64,000 nt of DNA, taken from Candidatus Bathyarchaeia archaeon (GTDB lineage Archaea; Thermoproteota; Bathyarchaeia; Bathyarchaeales; Bathycorpusculaceae). Shown here piece after piece: positions 57,809 to 64,000 of this stretch. Where the stretch lies: positions 1 to 64,000 of the forward strand of contig JBEKOM010000006.1 in the NCBI GenBank assembly GCA_049521795.1, in the 5' to 3' direction. Every line of letters begins with the position of its first letter. Position 1 is the stretch's first letter. The notes under the pieces were generated by a model, which was given only the letters and a program-made list of their open reading frames with translations, was not told where the DNA came from and did no database searches. The position numbers were made by a program, and so were the translations under genes.

Positions 57809-58721
57809 TCCTCTTGTATAATTCTTCTGCTATGTCAAACGCTGTCTGGTTCTTTCCTATAATGCCATCAGGTATAAAGAAGGTAATTCTTCCAGTCGAC
57901 GATACTCTTGTGGTGATTGTGATTCCTCCACCAAACGCCAACCTTCCCTCTAGTTCAAGCAGAGCAATCTTTCCCTCGCCAATCAAATCCAACACAACAG
58001 GGGCAGCAACAACACGATACCCTGCGAATTTCGCACGCACAAAATATTGGAGAATCTCCTTCATTTCTCCTTTGATCTTCTGTTTGGCGATTTTCTTCAG
58101 TTTCTCGCTTTCGCCAGGCGAAAGAGAAACATATTGAATGTCATCACCGAATTTTGTACGTATTACATCCATTTCTTCTTTTGAGAAGCCTGTTTCATAT
58201 GTTCTAAATCCTCCTTTTACGCTTCCTCTAATGCAATAGTTCGCGAATCTTAGTGCAGTAGCAGATATCTTGTCGTCTCCGCCAAAGAGGACAATCTTTG
58301 CTTTAGTGCTTGTCAAATACATGTTGATTACAACCCTGTAGGAAGGATTGACTGCTCGCAGCCGCCTCGTAGAGATTTTTAGATCGCCTTTCTCAAAATC
58401 AAGTCTTGTAGGCGTCTCCCTAGCATAGATGGATTTGATCGTATTCTCAAAGAAATCGAAATCAAGAAAGCCTTCTCTGTACCGTCTTTTCTCCTTTCTC
58501 CTGAAACCATAATCTTCCAAGAGCTTTCGTCTTATACTATCAGCAGTCTCGTTGAGGTTTGCTTGCTCGTCAAACTCGGTTTCCGAGACAAGAACTGTGA
58601 CTGGCATTATGGTAGGAGTCCGAACTTCCTCTTCTTCAACAACGAGATCATCCAGCGAAAAATCGTCTTCCATAGAGTATCCAGTTCTATGAGTGATAAT
58701 GAAACCTATATGACTTGCCAT
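57744..58721 (-). CDS. Hypothetical protein
   Basis: ~310-325 aa open frame directly upstream of the nuclease-like gene. Confidence 0.7.
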   Translation of the reverse strand: MASHIGFIITHRTGYSMEDDFSLDDLVVEEEEVRTPTIMPVTVLVSETEFDEQANLNETADSIRRKLLEDYGFRRKEKRRYREGFLDFDFFENTIKSIYARETPTRLDFEKGDLKISTRRLRAVNPSYRVVINMYLTSTKAKIVLFGGDDKISATALRFANYCIRGSVKGGFRTYETGFSKEEMDVIRTKFGDDIQYVSLSPGESEKLKKIAKQKIKGEMKEILQYFVRAKFAGYRVVAAPVVLDLIGEGKIALLELEGRLAFGGGITITTRVSSTGRITFFIPDGIIGKNQTAFDIAEELYKRIASQRTGAKQLGLEDFGPGVQ

Positions 58722-58872
58722 TGAACCCTAGGATGTGCTAATCTTACTCCACTCTTAAGCGTCTTTCTAGTCTTCCTGTTCTTTTCAGTCTCTCAACCTC
58801 CACAGGTCTAGTGCTTCAAAAATCGCGTCTGAACGGTTCAGACTACAGACCTTTTAATAATTTGGTGGTTGA

Positions 58873-59340
58873 TTGATTCTCTGTTTGCTCAACGGAGGTG
58901 AAAACGTGGTTGAAAAGCCAAATCCGACAGACGTTGAGGTTGTCACAGAAAAACTGAAGAACGGAAAGCTGAAAGTAGTCGGCTCAAACCCCAAGTCCAA
59001 ACCGAAGGCTAAAGAGGCAACTGGCGACATGAAGCCAATGCTGAAGAAGCAGAACCCAGAATCGAAGCACAAGACAGCAGTGAGTGATCAGCAACATCAA
59101 CAACGACCGCTGGTTGAGCTGAATGAAGAGAATTTTCTGAAGGCCATGCGAGAGCTCGGAGGCAAGAACGTCACCACATCGCAGTTGTGGCCGTACTTCA
59201 TCTCTGCAGACACGAAGCCACAGCAGAGGTTTCCAGTCATGCATCGGTTCGCGCGGAAGATGGAGAAGGCAGGCAAGATAACGATAACAACGAACCCCGA
59301 GAGAAAGCGTTTGCAGTACATGTACACCTTGACAGACTAG
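58873..59340 (+). CDS. Lys-rich protein with a C-terminal winged-helix domain
   Basis: FLKAMRELGG..TTSQL..MHRFARKMEKAGKI; probable start 58906 after GGAGGTGA. Confidence 0.6.
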   Translation: MILCLLNGGENVVEKPNPTDVEVVTEKLKNGKLKVVGSNPKSKPKAKEATGDMKPMLKKQNPESKHKTAVSDQQHQQRPLVELNEENFLKAMRELGGKNVTTSQLWPYFISADTKPQQRFPVMHRFARKMEKAGKITITTNPERKRLQYMYTLTD

Positions 59341-59409
59341 ACGTGACATCCAGATAGCGATTCAGGAGATCACTGGAATAGGCGCGTGCGCAGTCTTTGC
59401 CTTAATGGT

Positions 59410-60582
59410 TTACTGTACCTTGATGACCATGTCGCCGTCTATGAGTCTTCTTTCAAGCACGTTTTTTGCCTCCGATTTTTCTTCGTCTGCAATAGCTAGA
59501 GTACATCGGATTTCTTTGGGATTGAAGAGTATGCTAACGGCGTCCGGTGGGTACACTTTTCGAAAGACAGAGTGTCTTCGCCAAACCTGAATGTTATCGG
59601 ATAACACAAGTAGATACAATGTCGGCGTTTTCTCCAGAGGAATTTGGTAGTCGTGAAGGATGGGATCATTCACCAAATTGTGAAGTGATATCACAGCTGC
59701 GGCGTCAACGACCTCTCCATCAAACCACTGTCTACCCCAATCTATGAACTCGTAAGATCCGTTTTTCTCTTCTGTTTCTTCCGAAAGATAAAGCAAGTTC
59801 TTAGGATTATGCTCTGCATAAAGAGCGTCAATGAGGTTAAGAACAATCAGGGCGCTCAGAATCCCGTGATCAACGAAACCTTCTTTCACTTTCTTGTAAA
59901 AGTATTGCTTAAGATCAATGTCAAAGCCATACTCGGCAACTCTGTGCTCAATTAGCTTAAATGAATTGTCACCGCGATACAAGGTTTCCAAATTTTCGAA
60001 CCATGTTTCAGAACCGCTAGACTTCAAGTGTTTTCCGCGTTTGAGCAAATTCGCAAAACGTAGTCGGGACGAATCAGGCTTTTTTGGAAGGTGATCTTGC
60101 TTGAATGTGTCAATTTTCTGGAAGAACCTCTCCATTTGCCCGTACAGTATTTCAACGGGATAGCCAACGTCGTGCAGAAGTGAAGACAATTTCCAAACTA
60201 ATGGGTCAATATGTCGCATGTGACCTTCTATTCTTTCCACCTTACACATGAAATACAAACCAAGCAAGTAGGTATTGAAGGAATGCACAAGATGATCCCT
60301 CAAATGCTCATCGAAGAATTGCGCACCTGTCTCGATTCTTTCCAGAAAATCCAGCAGTTCTACAAACATTGGAGCCTTGCCATGTTCTGCTAGTATTTTG
60401 CTCGTCATTTCTACGGATAGATCCTTTCTTTCTCTAAGTGCTTCATTGTTTTCTTTGTTCTCATCGTAGGCAAGGAATCTTCGTAGCTGCTCTTTTATCT
60501 TTTTGAGACCGTATCTCCTCAAGCTAGGATTGTCTTTTTCAAGAACTGAATATATGTCCTTTTCAATGCCTAACAGACTCAT
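59410..60582 (-). CDS. HD-superfamily metal-dependent phosphohydrolase
   Basis: RDHLVHSFNTYLLG, LLHDVGYP, DHG, SLH and LSDNIQ motifs. Confidence 0.78.
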   Translation of the reverse strand: MSLLGIEKDIYSVLEKDNPSLRRYGLKKIKEQLRRFLAYDENKENNEALRERKDLSVEMTSKILAEHGKAPMFVELLDFLERIETGAQFFDEHLRDHLVHSFNTYLLGLYFMCKVERIEGHMRHIDPLVWKLSSLLHDVGYPVEILYGQMERFFQKIDTFKQDHLPKKPDSSRLRFANLLKRGKHLKSSGSETWFENLETLYRGDNSFKLIEHRVAEYGFDIDLKQYFYKKVKEGFVDHGILSALIVLNLIDALYAEHNPKNLLYLSEETEEKNGSYEFIDWGRQWFDGEVVDAAAVISLHNLVNDPILHDYQIPLEKTPTLYLLVLSDNIQVWRRHSVFRKVYPPDAVSILFNPKEIRCTLAIADEEKSEAKNVLERRLIDGDMVIKVQ

Positions 60583-60858
60583 GATTATCCGCCTAATACA
60601 CTATGGTTGGTGACAACGACGCGCGCTTATTGTACCCAATACACTCGGTATTCATCCGTGCTGCCTTCATATTTCTCGTATCCAATCTTTAGTAGGCCTG
60701 TTTTTTTTGAGATGGTTAGAAGGAAAGATGTTGCCAAAACTTGCCTGTCCCTGTGTTTTGCCCTTGAACAATCTGGGAAATCTATCTATCATTTCCTTCG
60801 CTAATCCCCATGAGTCGAATACATTTGCTTTTTCCTGACGCTTCTCTTTTTAGCCGAT

Positions 60859-61332
60859 TCATGGGCCTCCTAGATGCGCTTTCAAGATTGTTGAACCAAT
60901 TTCTATCAGGAACAAGATGTAGTCTTTGTTTGACTTAATCGCGTCTTTTATTTTCTGTAGTCGGGACTTTTCGTTTTGGTTTCTGACTTCACTAAGTAGA
61001 TTATTGATTGTTGTATCCTTAATACCCTCTCTGGCTAGCATATAGTCTGTTTTCAGCTTCATTCTCCTCGTCAAATACATATCTTCGGTGAGTTTGCCTC
61101 GATTGTGTTCCTCTCGCAACTCTTCAAGCTCAGAGAGAGCTACTTTCATTTCGACAAGTTGCCGCCTTAGAGGCTTAAGTCGGTCTTCTAGGTCAGGTCT
61201 TTTCACGATAAGTTCTTTTATCTGTTCAGAAGCTTGGTCTAAATCTGCGATTGAAGGCTCTTCTAGCGGGCACATTTTCATTCTGTTCCTTTGTCTTGAA
61301 TGCCAACTAAATCTTCTATTTCTTTGGAACAT
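60859..61332 (-). CDS. Small coiled-coil hypothetical protein
   Basis: Heptad-rich; GKLTEDMY motif; probable start ~61281. Confidence 0.65.
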   Translation of the reverse strand: MFQRNRRFSWHSRQRNRMKMCPLEEPSIADLDQASEQIKELIVKRPDLEDRLKPLRRQLVEMKVALSELEELREEHNRGKLTEDMYLTRRMKLKTDYMLAREGIKDTTINNLLSEVRNQNEKSRLQKIKDAIKSNKDYILFLIEIGSTILKAHLGGP

Positions 61333-62474
61333 GTCTTCTTCAAAGTCTTCTGAAGGTCGATTAGTTTTGTTTTGATAAGCCCCATTGCTTTAAGTGTCTT
61401 AACTCGATAAGTGCGATAGACATCTTCCGTGATTTCCTTTTTGACAAATTCTTCTTCATATCTTGCTAATTCTGTTTCCTGTACTTCATAATCCACTTTT
61501 AGCGAAGTGAACTCCTTTTGTATTTCTTCAAGATTGGCTCTATATCGTTCTTTGCGCTTTGCTTTTTCTGAATTAGCTCTTGCTTTAAGATTTTCGACTT
61601 TGCCAAATAGCTCAATTAGAGTATGCTCAATTCCCAGTTGAGCCATTATATCGACTTTCGGTTCAGTTTCCGCCTTTTCCAGTTCCTCCGATATTCCTAT
61701 GATTTCTTTATCAACCAACGTTAAACCTGTTTCGGCACCTATGATTTTTGGAATAATCTTGACTTTCTTCAAAACATAATTAAATACATCGTCTTCTGAT
61801 CTAAACTCCTCGGCATTGCCACGCTCTTTTATTGAATAGAATATCTCTTTTCTAGAATCTATATCTGGTTCTATCTTATGTGCTTCTTCGTCAGTTATCA
61901 GGTAATAAGAGTCTTTGGTTATTTTTTCTTTGATTTCGTTGGGGGTTCTTAAATACGACTCGTACATCGTGAAATCAATTAATCCTGTCTCTTGTCTTGC
62001 TTTGCTTATTCCTTTCTTGAAAATGGGTGAAAGAGGGCTTTTTTCTTTATCGACTAGAATCACTTTCAGCAAGTAATCTCGTACGCTGGAGTGTTTCCCA
62101 CCGATTTTGCCAATGTGCCTGAAAACATCAATGTCAAAACTTGGGTTGCCGACAATCTCAGCAGTTTCCTTGTTTACCTCCAACTTAAGCGATAAACGGA
62201 AATAATAGTCGGATGGGTCAGCATGCTCCGAGATTCTAGTGTTGAGATAAGCGTATATTTCGCTAATGACTTCAGAGATTTTCTGTTTGTTCTTGCGACC
62301 AATTGCAGAATTATAGAATGTTTTTTTCCTAGCTGCATACTCTTCGTCTGAAGGATACCTATAATGTCCAACTGCGCCTGCAACGGATGCGTATGTTCTG
62401 TGACTAATTGCTTCAAAACTCAGAATGCGGGTGATTGGTTCGAGTATTATGGTCTCGATTTTTTTCCTTGGCAT
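61278..62474 (-). CDS. Hypothetical protein with a C-terminal coiled coil
   Basis: 398 aa; EITEDVY motif; overlaps the downstream gene. Confidence 0.75.
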   Translation of the reverse strand: MPRKKIETIILEPITRILSFEAISHRTYASVAGAVGHYRYPSDEEYAARKKTFYNSAIGRKNKQKISEVISEIYAYLNTRISEHADPSDYYFRLSLKLEVNKETAEIVGNPSFDIDVFRHIGKIGGKHSSVRDYLLKVILVDKEKSPLSPIFKKGISKARQETGLIDFTMYESYLRTPNEIKEKITKDSYYLITDEEAHKIEPDIDSRKEIFYSIKERGNAEEFRSEDDVFNYVLKKVKIIPKIIGAETGLTLVDKEIIGISEELEKAETEPKVDIMAQLGIEHTLIELFGKVENLKARANSEKAKRKERYRANLEEIQKEFTSLKVDYEVQETELARYEEEFVKKEITEDVYRTYRVKTLKAMGLIKTKLIDLQKTLKKTCSKEIEDLVGIQDKGTE

Positions 62475-62606
62475 TTTCTGTCTACCTTGGTATATATTTG
62501 AAGTTGACTCTTAAATTTATCCAACATTTATCAATATGCTTGATCGAGTAGGCTAACCTACTGATGAACTTTCGAGTTTCTGACTTTCCAAAAGAAAAGA
62601 AAAAAG

Positions 62607-63620
62607 ATGAAGTTTCCAAGATTTTCTTTGATTTATAAAGTTGAAAATAGAAACCTTGATACGGTGAAAGAAATGAGTGTTCGCCAGCAAGATATGGAAA
62701 GAATGCTCGAGCACACGAAGAAAACCGCGGATTGGACAAGCAAACTCGTTTCTGCAAACAACCTGTTCCATCAAGGTCCTTCACAATATAGTGCTGCTGT
62801 AAATCAGTTTGGGAAGATAATCGAAATTCTGCTCAGACATCTATTTCAGGAAATCTCTATCATTTTGCCTCCAAAAGACAGGACTGACTTTCTTCGTTTT
62901 GAAGGACAGGTTGGCAAAGGAAGACCTTTTGGAAATTTCGGTTTAGGTCAAATGATAGATTTCTTTTCCAAGGCAGGAATCTTCGTGCTATTGAACGGCT
63001 TCTTGAAAGAAAGTGTTTTGGTATCAGCAGATCTCAACACCATCAATGATTTCAGGGTTGGCCAGACCCACTTCGACGAAAAAATAGAGAGAGGGAAAGT
63101 TGATAAAATTCGAGAAGACACGACGAATATCTTGCTCAAACTGGGATTGACAGAGAAAGACCCGGAGACCATTGAGGTTGCGAAAGCAAAAGTTCAAGAA
63201 GACAAGAAAATCCAGAATGAAATGCTGGAAGGTCTGAAGCGTATTCTCACCAAGATTCGTTGTGGATTGCTTGAGAATGCGACGGTTGAATTTTGGTCTC
63301 CTTTGGACAGAGGAGATGGTTGGTCTTCAGTTGTGGAGGCAAAGGCCGAGATAGCAGGTATCTACATAGATAAGAATAAGCTTTTTACGGTTATCGTTCG
63401 GGTTCTTGAAGTTCAGACTCCTCTCGATGAGGAGGAGCAGGCATACCAAGATCTTAGTTCAAAAGTGAGAGAAATTATCGTTAGGATTGCCCCTGAGGTG
63501 AAAGAGAAATTGAAGATTCTATTCTTTGCAGAATATGAAGGACAGATTATTGAGGGGTCTGGGCTAGAAGGATCAGCAGAAGTTTGTTCAAATGAAAAAG
63601 GCAGTTTAACTTTCAAGTAG
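62607..63620 (+). CDS. HEPN-like domain protein
   Basis: YSAAVNQFGKIIEILL helix, LGQMI and NDFRVGQTH (Rx4H). Confidence 0.55.
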   Translation: MKFPRFSLIYKVENRNLDTVKEMSVRQQDMERMLEHTKKTADWTSKLVSANNLFHQGPSQYSAAVNQFGKIIEILLRHLFQEISIILPPKDRTDFLRFEGQVGKGRPFGNFGLGQMIDFFSKAGIFVLLNGFLKESVLVSADLNTINDFRVGQTHFDEKIERGKVDKIREDTTNILLKLGLTEKDPETIEVAKAKVQEDKKIQNEMLEGLKRILTKIRCGLLENATVEFWSPLDRGDGWSSVVEAKAEIAGIYIDKNKLFTVIVRVLEVQTPLDEEEQAYQDLSSKVREIIVRIAPEVKEKLKILFFAEYEGQIIEGSGLEGSAEVCSNEKGSLTFK

Positions 63621-63729
63621 AATCGGGTCTAGCGGGTATTATCGCTCGCGCTCATAGAAACACATAGTATCTACACATTCTTGTTATCTAAACTGCATAA
63701 CCAGCACCAGAGATCGAGGTCTCACACAC

Positions 63730-64000
63730 ATGGACAAACAACACTCTATTGCAGATTTCGTTTTCAAATCGATGGAAAAGGTCTATTCAAATATTAGAGC
63801 ACTAATCGATGATGCAGTCCTTCTATACAAGAAGAGCCAATTTCCGCGCGCTTCATTCTGCGCCATGACTGCAATTGAAGAGACCGGCAAACTTTGGATC
63901 TTGTCTCTTCAACACATGAAAGCAACTACCAACGGCAACTACAAACCTGATTCACAAAAACTGACAAAGATACTAACCGATCACACAGGTAAAGCGCTCC
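63730..64000 (+). CDS. AbiV-family (HEPN) abortive-infection protein, 5' part (not in the ORF track)
   Basis: MDKQHS...NIRALIDDAVLLYKKSQFPRASFCAMTAIEETGK...LTDHTGK matches the AbiV N..L..DA..L..RA...A.EE.GK and H..K pattern. Confidence 0.78.
   Translation, partial: MDKQHSIADFVFKSMEKVYSNIRALIDDAVLLYKKSQFPRASFCAMTAIEETGKLWILSLQHMKATTNGNYKPDSQKLTKILTDHTGKAL

Larger units (their letters stand above)
55790..64000. mobile_element. tRNA-Ser-adjacent AT-richer accessory/defence island (continues beyond window)
   Basis: Begins after the tRNA 3' end; visibly more AT-rich; nuclease/HD/HEPN/AbiV-like genes in mixed orientation separated by (GC)n runs. Confidence 0.7.

Noticed and set aside
63845-63851. 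CGCGCGC run near the window end as a cassette border
   Set aside because: It lies inside the conserved FPRA motif of the AbiV-like ORF; likewise short runs at 864, 2870, 6575, 28824, 41297 and 48063 are ordinary Ala/Arg codons

Overview
Archaeal chromosomal DNA, most likely Bathyarchaeia (inferred from integrase type, GGTGA ribosome-binding sites, TATA-type promoters and gene content; not tested by search). Three zones. (1) 1-26.4 kb: right part of an integrated head-tail (HK97-fold, siphovirus-like) provirus with protease/scaffold, capsid, neck, tail tube, a -1-frameshifted tail chaperone and tape measure. These are followed by a ~13 kb cargo block of DNA-chemistry/defence genes (HhH glycosylases, ABC-ATPase-GNAT fusion, radical SAM, resolvase-like nuclease pair, C5-MTase plus REase, HD dNTPase) and a tyrosine integrase with atypical catalytic motifs. 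(2) 26.5-55.3 kb: mostly host genes, including an HTH/ATP-cone/pseudo-NrdD fusion, pyrB, pyrI, tRNA-Asn, porGDAB, a stand-alone nurA-herA pair, SSB and a DEAD-box helicase. (3) 55.4-64 kb: an integrase relic, tRNA-Ser(GCT) and an AT-richer defence-like island (REase-like, HD, HEPN, AbiV). The main unexplained signal is a set of short palindromic (GC)n runs, typically A-GCGCGCGC-T. They sit at the borders of most accessory genes and at two gene-truncation junctions, suggesting an undescribed cassette recombination system. All family calls come from reading motifs by eye, not from database searches.
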